A DNA stretch of 64,000 nucleotides from an archaeon. Its GTDB lineage: Archaea; Asgardarchaeota; Heimdallarchaeia; Heimdallarchaeales; JAJRWK01. The stretch lies in NCBI GenBank assembly GCA_024276795.1, contig JAJRWK010000063.1:3800-67799 (forward strand), given 5' to 3'. Under the pieces are notes generated by a model, which did no database searches, was not told the DNA's origin, and saw only the letters and a program-made list of their open reading frames with translations. This document shows, one piece after another, positions 29,029 to 38,668 of the stretch. Numbering within the stretch: the first letter of the stretch is position 1; the number at the start of each line of letters is the position of its first letter. The position numbers and the translations under genes are program-made.

Positions 29029-29485
29029 TTCGAACCATGAACTGACTTTGTCCGAATTCAAAGTCTTTATGCGCTCTTTGGTATTCTCGGGAACACTGCC
29101 GCCCACCCAAGAATAACGGTCATCTCACAACGCCCACTATTTCGTAGCTTTGCTTGAAAAGCATTGGAAATACTTTTTTCCAATATTTATAGTTGTACAA
29201 ACGTTTCGCCTTCCGAGTGTACTGCATCAAAGCGAAGGGAGGGTTCAATCTGATTCTCTCAATAAGTTGCTTTTTTCTCACGGGAAAACAGAGCACACCT
29301 CTACTCTTCTTAATGCCTATTTTTCAAGATTTAAGCTTAGGATCAAAAGGCATTTCAAGAGAAAAAAAGACAGCCCTTCTCAAAAAGAGGATACAAAAAA
29401 GATCAGAAATAGGTTAAACATCGTTAAGATTTTCTTAAGAGAATTAGGCGGAAGGTGACGACTCTGGGGTGGAACGTTAAAGAAA

Positions 29486-30439
29486 TTATTGGCCCAGGAT
29501 GTGAAGTAATTCTCGCGCTCCATTTGATGTTTTGATTCTCCCCCAATGAGGAACTTTAAGACCAAGGTCCTCGGTTTCAACTTCAACCCTCGTGCCGACC
29601 TTGTCAAGCTCATAGCGAACTTCCTGGCGGGATCGTATTCCAGCAAGTCCCCGCCTTACATCGTCTCCCTCGAACGTGATGCGCGAAACCCCAGAAATCC
29701 CTGTAGTATCTCTCCTAATAACTATAGAGAGCAAATAAATTGGCCTTTTCTGTTCATAGGATTCCGTAACATACGTACTGACATGTTTTGCCCAGAAACG
29801 AACGGGCTTTAGTGTGCCATCAAATGAAGAGTTTAAGTCGTCAATTAGCAGATGTTGCAAATATTCGTTCCTGGTTTCAATACCAACAATAATGTGATCA
29901 GATAAATCCCACACGCTAATAAACGCGCGCTGGAGAGGATGTAATAAAACTCGTTCACTAAGGGCTTTCGCTCTTTTCATGCTAACAGTTGTCAAGACTA
30001 GGTTTTTTGCAATTCTGCTGTTGCTCATTTCGTAACCGTAAAAGCCGTGTTGTTCGCAAATGGCGTTAATGGTTTCTTTGACCTCCGCTCGTTTGACATT
30101 ATTTGAAAGGAGGATCCGACTCCAGTTTCTCCCTAGATACTTCCAAGTGGCATAAAACATCAGTTTCTTAAGCGCGTTTCCTTTGAGGCCAGTTAGTCCT
30201 TGTATCCATTCTTCTTTCCAAAGCTGATGTGGCAGAAGAATTCGATCCTCGTCCCAATAGTCTTCAGGTAAGGGAATAGGGAAAACGCTTTGAATTACGG
30301 GAATATCCTTACCTCTAACAGGGCCAATCATTGAAGAAAGTTCAACAGCAAGCGAGTAGGACAAGTTAGTGCTCTTGTGATCCGACCGCGTACCGGATTT
30401 GGGCTGTGGCTTTTTCATCTTAGGATAACCGCCCACCAT
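29486..30439 (-). CDS. Hypothetical protein with a basic N-terminal tail
   Basis: 317-aa ORF with N-terminus KMKKPQPKSGTRSDHKS. No recognised motif. Co-oriented with the Zn-ribbon/wHTH gene. Confidence 0.3.
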   Translation of the reverse strand: MVGGYPKMKKPQPKSGTRSDHKSTNLSYSLAVELSSMIGPVRGKDIPVIQSVFPIPLPEDYWDEDRILLPHQLWKEEWIQGLTGLKGNALKKLMFYATWKYLGRNWSRILLSNNVKRAEVKETINAICEQHGFYGYEMSNSRIAKNLVLTTVSMKRAKALSERVLLHPLQRAFISVWDLSDHIIVGIETRNEYLQHLLIDDLNSSFDGTLKPVRFWAKHVSTYVTESYEQKRPIYLLSIVIRRDTTGISGVSRITFEGDDVRRGLAGIRSRQEVRYELDKVGTRVEVETEDLGLKVPHWGRIKTSNGARELLHILGQ

Positions 30440-30462
30440 ATATTTTGCTCGGTGAAAGGCTA

Positions 30463-30909
30463 CTAGGCATTGGGAATGAATGTTCCATCCTTGAGTTCGC
30501 CATTAATTTGTCCCTTTTTGATCATCATTGAAATGATTTTTTCAACATTCCGAGGATCGAAGCCGAGCTCTTTCGAAACATCTGCAACGGATACGTTTTC
30601 TCCAGAATTTAGTCGGTCAATAAGTATCTCCTTCTTGGATTTTCCTGAAAATTCGCCCTTGGTCTTTCCCATTGCTCCCCTAATTGTGGCACCACAGTCA
30701 GGGCATGACCATACTGCCATTTGAGTGATCGTAACATTCCCATCTTTGTCCGGCATAGGACTGACATTTGTCCATGTTTTGTTGGGTTTGAGTTCTGTGG
30801 GTTGGAATTGAAACCCACATTTTTTGCACTTGATGATCTTCTCCTTTGGTTTGCGTTTCTTGCGAGTACTCATTATACGACACCATCTCGATATTCCTAT
30901 CTTGTTCAA
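30463..30909 (-). CDS. Zinc-ribbon plus winged-helix DNA-binding protein
   Basis: CKKCG...CPDCG ribbon followed by an HTH-like segment VSVADVSKELGFDPRNVEKIISMMIKKGQI. Basic N-terminal tail (RKKRKPKEK). Confidence 0.4.
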   Translation of the reverse strand: MNKIGISRWCRIMSTRKKRKPKEKIIKCKKCGFQFQPTELKPNKTWTNVSPMPDKDGNVTITQMAVWSCPDCGATIRGAMGKTKGEFSGKSKKEILIDRLNSGENVSVADVSKELGFDPRNVEKIISMMIKKGQINGELKDGTFIPNA

Positions 30910-31062
30910 CTTGTACCTCTAATTAACAGTTTTTCCTCTTGCTTATCTAAATATCGAAAAACTACCAGTAACAAACAAAACAGTGGAGCAATTGTTATTC
31001 AACTCAATTGCTTAAGTCTTTCAGAAAGGAAACAAGGGGAGAAAAGAGGAGGAGAACCTAGC

Positions 31063-32676
31063 TTATCGTCTTCTCATGTTAAAGATTACTGCTACAATGA
31101 ATGCGGAAACGGTAATTGCGATTACCGTGCCGACATCCATTCCAACTTCGTCCGTATTGACAACGTGAGCGTTTACCACAACGATGAACCAGTCTGAGAC
31201 AATGTTGCCAGCTCGATCTCCAACAATAACAGTGACGTTGTACGTTCCATCGATAACATATCTATGGCTAACAACGGTTTGATTCACGTAGGTTTCTGTA
31301 ATATTATCCCCATAATTTATGGTGACAAGCGCAATTCCTGCCTGTCCTTGATCTTCAAGTGTGAAGTTTAACTCGAGGATTCTATCTTGATCTGTAATTT
31401 CAACAGTTCCTCGAAGTATGGATTCGCCATTAGCGGTGGTTTTGATATCAAAAGACGGAGCAGAGCGATCAGCTATGATCGTGAAGTTCGCAGTAGTATT
31501 GAGGCCTTTGTCAGTGAAAGCTACAAGAGAAATGTTGTATGTTCCTTCGTTTGTTAAGTCTAAGACATAATAAGTTGTATTTCCAGGAAGTTGCTGGCTC
31601 GAGGTAACTGCTCCAGTAATATTCAATTCGTAGTTCAAAATTTCTCCTTTCGGAACGGATGCTGAAAATGTGAAATTAACGCTTTCCTCGTTGGTGTACG
31701 CGGGAGGTGCAACAAGATTGATTGTTGGACTGCCATCAAAAACACCCACAACATGTAGAGCGGGCTCGAAAATTTCAAGCAGTGTTTTGGACAAAGAATC
31801 GTTGTGCAAGACTCTAATTCTGTACTGGATCTGAGTATCGATTGGAAAATCACCAAGAGAAATATTCGTAGCATAGTCTCCAAGTTCACTAGGCCCAAGC
31901 GTTATGTTGATGGGTATTCTCTGGAAGGCCCCTTCTTGTGCAGTTTTCCATTCCAAGAAGTAGCTCGCATTTCCACTTATGGATGTAAGAGAAACTTCGA
32001 TGGTAACGTTTTCTTTTTGGATGTAGAAGGATTCGATTGCTGAAGAGGATAAAATCCCTCCCGTAGTTAGAAGATTAGAGACATCATCAGGGCTTTCTTT
32101 GAAGGAAAATCCTTTTGCGTTAAGATAAGCGTAGAACAAAATGTAGTCAGACGTTACATTTAATTCAATGGTGTAGTAGCTCACAGAAACATCGGTTAAT
32201 TCTTGAATTGGATCTTCGTACCAAAGAGTTACATTGGTAAGCTCTGTTTTTTCATAAACCATGGGTAAGCCGTCATCGGCGATTGAAAAATTAAGCTGTC
32301 CGGAGCCATCACGACCATAAAGAAGGGGAATAGTGGTATTGTCTCCATTAACAACCATATATCTGATAGTTACATTCTTGTACGGTGTTACTCTAAACAA
32401 TCCTCCCAGACCTTCAGAATCATTCCTTGATTGTAGCGTTTCAATGTAACCAACGCCTTAAACATCAACTAGAATTGGTCTGCTAAGTCCACTAAACGTG
32501 TCTTGATCAATTTTGGGTGCTATTCGCTGGGACCCTGGTTGCACTATTGCCGTAGCGCTTGGAACAATTAGGAATCCAAGAATAAGCATGATTGTAAGGG
32601 ATAAGATGATATTTCTTGCGAGTCTCAATAAGATCACCGTACTGAGGTTTCTCGTTTCCTCGTGCTGGAGACTCAA
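31063..32676 (-). pseudogene. Heavily N-glycosylated surface (S-layer-like) protein with an N-terminal signal peptide and a C-terminal TM anchor. The signal peptide is separated from the body by an in-frame TAA at 32458-32460.
   Basis: About 20 N-x-S/T sequons in the 445-aa body. C-terminal hydrophobic helix plus RRR. ORF 32458-32676 encodes a signal peptide (IILSLTIMLILGFLIVPSATA) and is in the same frame as the body ORF. The codons after the stop read ...DV*GVGYIETLQSRNDSEGLGG then LFRVT. Confidence 0.5.
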
Positions 32677-32886
32677 AATTCTTAGTTAAAAGTGTTATGA
32701 AATTTCATCCTACCAAAGACGGTTGCAAATATCTTACTATCAGAGTTGTATCTTTAGAAAACATGCTTTTTCCAAGCTGTAACTGCTAAGAAAGGAGACG
32801 TAAGAGATAAATTGATCGTAGCGACGCACTCAAAGTGAGATTTTTACACAAATACTTAGCTAACGATTGGAGGTATATTAGAAACG

Positions 32887-34176
32887 TTAAAACGGAGGAA
32901 GAATCTTTGTTTTTGATAACAATGCATATGGAAATTCACCAGAAACTGGGAGAATAGAAGGAGAAGTCCAAAAATTCTTAGTAGTGGGATTCATTCCTGT
33001 GAGAAGTGATTGCATGCTCGGCGTGGCAAAGTTCAGAAATGGTACTTGTGCGACAAGCTCACCTTCCTGAATGAGGATACACCTCAGACCGGTAAGAATG
33101 GGGGTTCTGGAAGCGCCGAAAACGGTAGTGATTGGAGCAATATCATTGACTAGAATTACTTGTGATGGACTGTCAACAACGTCGCTAATTTGAAATTGCA
33201 TGTGGATAGGAGTCTCTTTCAAATCGTAGGATGAGTCATGGAGAGGGTTACCAAAGTCTTTTGCTCGGATATGAGGCAAGGGGTTTACTATTTTGATATC
33301 TTTAAGGAATGACTCTCCTCTGTCGTCCAAGCGCAATCCAAAACATGCATTTCTTGAAGACGGGGAAGCAATTACTTTTTCATGGTCAAGTAAAGATCTT
33401 TTGAGTAATTGGGGAGAGTATAGTCGAAGATTATAGAAAAGAGTAAGCATTGCTTGTGGAGATAAGATTACGGGGACATTTTCAGGGACTCTCCTAATAA
33501 TTGTGTCCATAAGCATTTCAACTGGTAAAGATCTGTCGTTAGAATGAGCAACGGGTTTAGAAATCTCGTACTGTGCTGTAAAACCTTCTCCGGCCCCCCC
33601 TTTTCCGCCCACAATTCCAGTGAAAAACCGAGTCACCCTTACTCCTGCTACTTGCGATAAATGATCATTGTCTATCACATGTCGCATCAAGACATAAGTT
33701 GTTTCCGAAATCTCTGGCAGAACAACATTGCTATTTTTCATTTCCATCCATGTGTCTTTAAGGGACTCTTCACAGTCGGGAGAATGCTCTAGTAAATCTT
33801 TCAACTCTGTTTTTTCTTGATTTGGCAGAATCACCGTTCTCTTTTCCTCAAGCATTTCAACTGGGAACCCTTCATTTGAAACAGAAGAGAGATCAATGGC
33901 AGGAGCAAGATTCAATCTCTTGGCAACTAAAGGATCGATTGAACCTCTAGTCAAAGTCTTGAGAGAGTTCTTTTCTGGACGCGGAGTAATGGAGTACCCA
34001 CCACGAAACTCAGTCGTTTGTTTCATTCTTCCGAGACCATCGATTTCGAGTCTTAGGACAATCGTGAAAATGCCGACCACTAGGGGACTAGGAATTTTTT
34101 GGCGCACTTCTTCCCAGAGAAGGCGTGAATGTTCAAGGCTCGGTAATACCTCGTCTTTACGCAACATTATTTCCAC
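32887..34176 (-). CDS. PmbA/TldE-like protein (second pair)
   Basis: PF01523-like. Overlaps the upstream tldD-like gene by 20 nt. Confidence 0.5.
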   Translation of the reverse strand: MEIMLRKDEVLPSLEHSRLLWEEVRQKIPSPLVVGIFTIVLRLEIDGLGRMKQTTEFRGGYSITPRPEKNSLKTLTRGSIDPLVAKRLNLAPAIDLSSVSNEGFPVEMLEEKRTVILPNQEKTELKDLLEHSPDCEESLKDTWMEMKNSNVVLPEISETTYVLMRHVIDNDHLSQVAGVRVTRFFTGIVGGKGGAGEGFTAQYEISKPVAHSNDRSLPVEMLMDTIIRRVPENVPVILSPQAMLTLFYNLRLYSPQLLKRSLLDHEKVIASPSSRNACFGLRLDDRGESFLKDIKIVNPLPHIRAKDFGNPLHDSSYDLKETPIHMQFQISDVVDSPSQVILVNDIAPITTVFGASRTPILTGLRCILIQEGELVAQVPFLNFATPSMQSLLTGMNPTTKNFWTSPSILPVSGEFPYALLSKTKILPPF

Positions 34177-35584
34177 TCCTCAGGAATAGTGATGTGGGTT
34201 CTAGCCTCATGAATGGTGAAATACTCCCAACAGGAACTTGAGCCCCATTTTTGTAACAATACCCAGCTGCAGGTTCAACACATGATCCAATTAAAGAGAC
34301 GCTTTCAAACAAGTCTCGAACCCGCCCTTGAATAAAGGGTGACTTTATCCATCCCATGGGTTCTCCTCCTTCAAATGCAATGCCGAAACTGAAAACAGCT
34401 TGGATGATTCCGTTTATTGCATCGGTTACAGAAGAAGTCGAATCACCGATGAGCAAACCAGAAAAGTTCTCAGTTAGTTCCTCGTAGGAAGCATCTCTTG
34501 GCTCAATGTAGAGATTTGATTGTCTAACGTACAGATCATGTTTTGCAGAAGGAGCACGAGCATTTCCGGAAGAAATCATTCCCAATTCATAAGCTGTTTC
34601 TCTCTCATTTAGGTACTGTGTAAAAATCCCATCATCCACAATTAGGCTCCCTCTAGATTTGACCCCTTCGTCATCGACCAGATAATAAGAAGCACTTTGA
34701 ATTGCGGGATCGTCTACGACTGTAATTAGGGGACTTGTAATTCTCTGCCCCAATGCCCCAGCCAAATAAGATTTCCCAGAAAGAATCAAGTCGGCTTCAC
34801 TTGGATGACCCAAACCTTCATGAACTACGGTCCAGGCCGCATCGGGTGAAAAGAGTAAAGGTGTAGTGGGGGCTAGCCGTCTGTCCCTCAAAATGGGTAA
34901 GGAAAGATAATCTTCTAGCCATGTCAGATATGCCTCAAAAGATTCATCTGGAAATTCCTGAGGTCTGCCACTCCAGCCAATACGATGAATCACTACTCTA
35001 TTTTCAAACTCCAGCTTAAAAGTAGACATCCAAATTGGTTCGATTTTTGCAAAAAAAGTGCCTTCAGAGCTTGCGTAAGAAATATCTCTATTCAAGAAGC
35101 TGATTTCGACTGTTGAGGATGCATGTGGAAATCGGGTTCTGAGAGAGGCTAGAATTTTCGTGCCTGCCAGTTTGACATCACTTGGATCCGGTTCATAATT
35201 GTAGAAATCATAAATTCCTTGAATTATCTTGTCGGGTGCGATCCCCAGTGGAGGCGAATCCGGATCAACGGATTGAGTCTTTCTTTTAGCGTTGGAGGCC
35301 ATTTGCGCTAATACAGACTCAACGTTTCGCGGAAATGAATTTGAATAAAAATAACGAGTTGTGGGGGTGATTAAACGAGACGCAACCGCTGACTCCTGAC
35401 CGAGAAACTCAGAAAGCAACCTACTTTGTTTACCATCGTATTTTAGTTTGTACTCAATTTTGAGATCATGCTCTACTCTTATGTCAAGAAAAGTGTGTTT
35501 TGGAAGCGCCAGTTTGTTAATGATTTGAGCAAGTTCTTCAGGAGGAACATCATTGCTAATGACCGAAAACCACCTAAGTGTCAT
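34157..35584 (-). CDS. TldD-like metalloprotease (second pair)
   Basis: HEGLGHPSEAD H-E-x-x-x-G-H motif. Confidence 0.65.
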   Translation of the reverse strand: MTLRWFSVISNDVPPEELAQIINKLALPKHTFLDIRVEHDLKIEYKLKYDGKQSRLLSEFLGQESAVASRLITPTTRYFYSNSFPRNVESVLAQMASNAKRKTQSVDPDSPPLGIAPDKIIQGIYDFYNYEPDPSDVKLAGTKILASLRTRFPHASSTVEISFLNRDISYASSEGTFFAKIEPIWMSTFKLEFENRVVIHRIGWSGRPQEFPDESFEAYLTWLEDYLSLPILRDRRLAPTTPLLFSPDAAWTVVHEGLGHPSEADLILSGKSYLAGALGQRITSPLITVVDDPAIQSASYYLVDDEGVKSRGSLIVDDGIFTQYLNERETAYELGMISSGNARAPSAKHDLYVRQSNLYIEPRDASYEELTENFSGLLIGDSTSSVTDAINGIIQAVFSFGIAFEGGEPMGWIKSPFIQGRVRDLFESVSLIGSCVEPAAGYCYKNGAQVPVGSISPFMRLEPTSLFLRSGNNVA

Positions 35585-36360
35585 TAACTATCCTCCATAA
35601 AATATTCCAAGGAAACATTAGGCCTTGACTGATTTCTCATTTCTTCAACGATTTTTTCAAGATTAGCCCGTTTAAATTCAAAACCCAATGATTTCAAATA
35701 GTTAAGCGCTTTGAAACCAATACCCGGGGCTACAAGAACCCCTCTTACTGATTCTCTTCTCTGCTCACACAATGCTTCAACATATCGGCGCAACTGTTGT
35801 ACATCTTTTGTTCCGGCAGTTCTTCGCTTTACTTCGACAATAGTTAGAACCCCATCACGATCTAAGCCAAGAATGTCGATATAACCAAACTCGGTGTTCC
35901 GTTCCTTAGATAATACTTGAAATCCAGGCATGATCAAGTTTGGATGTCGCTCCAAGTATTCAACCAAATCAGCTTCACTCCCGACTAAGCTCTGTTGCGT
36001 CTTTTCTCCTTGATAGATGATAATAGCGTCTATTGTTGAAAATCGAACCTCGATATAGCTCCCTCTTTTTGTTCGAGATTCTGCACGTATGATCAATTCT
36101 CCATTCTCAGCCTTTAGTGAAATAGCGGAGGATGTTTGCCAATTGATAGGTTTCATTCCTTGCAAACCATGAAGTAATGCGGTCTTGTCTTTCTTTAACA
36201 AGAGAAGCTTTTCCCCTAGCTCTGTTGTTGCAGAAGCCGAGCCTTCATAGAACGCGCTACATTTGCCATAAATTGAGATAAGCGCCGTTCCCAAGTATTT
36301 GGAAATCGCTTGCTTAACTGCATCGGCAGAATCATCTTGAATAACGATCACTCGGCTCAT
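35584..36360 (-). CDS. nucS: Endonuclease NucS / EndoMS (mismatch-specific, RecB-like nuclease)
   Basis: C-terminal PD-(D/E)xK block GYIDILGLDRDGVLTIVEVKRR and a length of ~250 aa. Confidence 0.7.
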   Translation of the reverse strand: MSRVIVIQDDSADAVKQAISKYLGTALISIYGKCSAFYEGSASATTELGEKLLLLKKDKTALLHGLQGMKPINWQTSSAISLKAENGELIIRAESRTKRGSYIEVRFSTIDAIIIYQGEKTQQSLVGSEADLVEYLERHPNLIMPGFQVLSKERNTEFGYIDILGLDRDGVLTIVEVKRRTAGTKDVQQLRRYVEALCEQRRESVRGVLVAPGIGFKALNYLKSLGFEFKRANLEKIVEEMRNQSRPNVSLEYFMEDS

Positions 36361-36432
36361 GAGTTACCAACTTTCTGATATTATGCGAAGACTTCAAAAA
36401 ACATCTTGGAAAAAAAATGACAAAAACGTTTG

Positions 36433-36780
36433 CTAATTAGAATTGACTGCGCGTTCTTGCATTATTCTGACGATTTCATCGATCACGGCCAGCAAGATTT
36501 TTTCTTCCCTTTCATCAATGTGTTTATCCTCTTCGATAAGCAGAATAATGTTTTCTATGATTTCCCGTTTCTTTTTTTCAAAGAGTTCTTCTGAAGAAGA
36601 ACGCACAAAGCCAAAATCATTGAAGTCTTCTGTTGCTTTTGAAATTGCTTCCAGTAACTTGAATTCATCGATTGTTACTTTTCCATCCTCACTCGCTGCT
36701 TTGATAGCGGCCTGAATGACTCGTTTCCATTCTTTTTCCATCGAATCACTTGATTGATTCTGTTGAGTTCTCCCATGCAC
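36433..36780 (-). CDS. Small TerB-like protein (paralog of the gene at 3423-3755)
   Basis: ASEDGKVTIDEFKLLEAI motif. Acidic and helical. Confidence 0.35.
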   Translation of the reverse strand: MHGRTQQNQSSDSMEKEWKRVIQAAIKAASEDGKVTIDEFKLLEAISKATEDFNDFGFVRSSSEELFEKKKREIIENIILLIEEDKHIDEREEKILLAVIDEIVRIMQERAVNSN

Positions 36781-37519
36781 TGATAAATAAGAGCTTTACT
36801 GAATCGTGAAACCCTTTATCGCTTGATTGAAGACAAACGAAATCCTTCTCTCCCCTTTCATTAATCATTCCAAATCCTCCCAACAAAGTATCGGGTTGTT
36901 CGCTAACACACCAAATCGTGTCGAGTTTCTCCATTACTCGGACAGGTACGTGTTCCATCTCCTTTAGGATTTCTTTTTCCCCTGGATCATCGATACCTGT
37001 AAAAGAAGTGAGTATTCGGATGTCGACACCTTCTAACTTCTTCTCCTTTATAACTGGCAATAAGGAGTATTCTTGAATGTCAAAAAGAGTATCAATTGCC
37101 AGATAAAAGTATTCGGTTGACATTTCAAGGATCTCATGGATTGTCTGGAAAACAGACCGGTTACCGCGGAGCGTCCACATGACAGGAAAGTCTTTTCTCT
37201 TAGCTCTTTCCCAGATTGCTGAGAGCCCTCTTCTCGCCAGACGAATCTTGTCAATATACTCCGCTTCGATATTGTCGATCACCTTATCAGGGGTTTCAGG
37301 GACATAATAGTTAGCAATTGAATCTCCTATTTGTCCTTTAACGAAGCCTTTGTCTTGCAAACGATCAAGCGTTTGGTAGACCCGATTGGTTGGAACCAAT
37401 GATGTTTTGGAAATCTCAGCAGCAGTCCCCCCTCCTAGCTGAACAAGGGCAATGTAGACCTTGGCTTCGTACTCGCTAAATCCAATGAATTTTAACGCCT
37501 CGACAAGATTTCGATCCAT
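36746..37519 (-). CDS. TrmB-family transcriptional regulator
   Basis: N-terminal HTH LKFIGFSEYEAKVYIALVQLGGGTAAEISKTSLVPTNRVYQTLDRLQDKGFV. The ~250-aa length with a C-terminal effector domain fits the family. Confidence 0.65.
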   Translation of the reverse strand: MDRNLVEALKFIGFSEYEAKVYIALVQLGGGTAAEISKTSLVPTNRVYQTLDRLQDKGFVKGQIGDSIANYYVPETPDKVIDNIEAEYIDKIRLARRGLSAIWERAKRKDFPVMWTLRGNRSVFQTIHEILEMSTEYFYLAIDTLFDIQEYSLLPVIKEKKLEGVDIRILTSFTGIDDPGEKEILKEMEHVPVRVMEKLDTIWCVSEQPDTLLGGFGMINERGEKDFVCLQSSDKGFHDSVKLLFISAWENSTESIK

Positions 37520-37681
37520 GCATTCTTCAATGGCTTTTTTCAGTTAAAACCTTAACCTTCATGTTGAAGGAGAATGTTATATCTTGATCGCATTTACTTT
37601 GTTCAGGGATAAATTCTGGTCATTAATTCCCTAGGACTATAGAAAAAAGGTTAATGGGCAGGAATGGTGGAGTCTTAACGC

Positions 37682-38668
37682 TCACGATTGATTGGGTTCT
37701 TGTTCTAGTGTTGCAGAGGGATCAGCGACAGGTTCTTCATCAGTTGAAGAAGTTGCTGTTTTTGGTATCATATTATTAAGTTCGTCAATAATATTGTCGA
37801 TGGGATCTTCGACGATTCTTGAGGCTATGTTGTGAGCTAGGTTAGCAATCTGATCTTTGGACATTGAGTGGGGAATTCCGTCGTAACTAATTGAGACTGA
37901 TGCAACGGCAATTGCGTAGGACAGAGCTTCTTTTATGGATTTGTCTTGTGCTCTCAAATACGCGTATGTTGCTATGAGGACATCACCCGCACCGGTGGTG
38001 TTTACATAACTCACAGAAGGAGCAGTCGCATCATATTTGATTCCTTGATGCATGATGGTAGCTCCCTTACGCCCTCTGCTAACCAGTATTTCAACAGAGG
38101 AAAGAAGTTGCCGAAGCTCGTCTCTGTTAAAGTGGTGAAGGTCTAGTAGAAAGGTCAACTCATAATCAGATGCTTTAATAAGATTTGCTGACTCAATCGC
38201 GTGATAATCTGAAAGGAAATATCCGCGCTTAACAGCTCCGATTTCACCGGTTCTAGTGAAGCCTTGAATATCAACTGCGAGAAATTTTGACTGGCTTCGT
38301 ATTTGCTTGAGGACGCCATTTGTTACTTCCCGGCACACCGGACTCACGATTGCCAGATCGCTAGCCACAACAGCTTCGATCTTGTCGGCCTTTGTTAGGA
38401 GCTCCATCTGGTGCTCATGACCTCTGCGGGGAAAAGAAAACTTCGTTGTTTCTTTCGAAAGGCTCACAATGTAATTTAGCTTATCTTGGGTTTCTCTAAT
38501 GAAACGAGTCATATCAGAAGGGTTACAGGAAGTTATAATGATCGGTTTGATTTCAAAAAAGTCGAAAAGAATGATGCCTCCGTAGTTAGGGGGCCCTCCA
38601 ATCATTAGTTCTCCTTCTATGTCATCAAGCGTGACATGCCCATAAATAGTTACTTTCATTCTTGTCAC
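37682..38668 (-). CDS. PfkB-family carbohydrate/nucleoside kinase
   Basis: Ribokinase-family anion-hole motif (NTTGAGDVLIATY). Overlaps the guaA stop by 4 nt, which suggests an operon. Confidence 0.6.
   Translation of the reverse strand: MTRMKVTIYGHVTLDDIEGELMIGGPPNYGGIILFDFFEIKPIIITSCNPSDMTRFIRETQDKLNYIVSLSKETTKFSFPRRGHEHQMELLTKADKIEAVVASDLAIVSPVCREVTNGVLKQIRSQSKFLAVDIQGFTRTGEIGAVKRGYFLSDYHAIESANLIKASDYELTFLLDLHHFNRDELRQLLSSVEILVSRGRKGATIMHQGIKYDATAPSVSYVNTTGAGDVLIATYAYLRAQDKSIKEALSYAIAVASVSISYDGIPHSMSKDQIANLAHNIASRIVEDPIDNIIDELNNMIPKTATSSTDEEPVADPSATLEQEPNQS

Noticed and set aside
29026-29048. GGTTCGAATC-like string (plus-strand gattcgaacc) suggestive of a tRNA T-loop
   Set aside because: The flanking bases do not form a T-stem or acceptor stem. 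It lies at the 3' end of a membrane-protein ORF. No cloverleaf could be drawn.
29150-29458. 102-aa ORF (with an overlapping 74-aa ORF) in the 29029-29485 intergenic region
   Set aside because: Lys/Arg-rich and low-complexity, with no start context or TATA box. More likely noncoding spacer than a gene.
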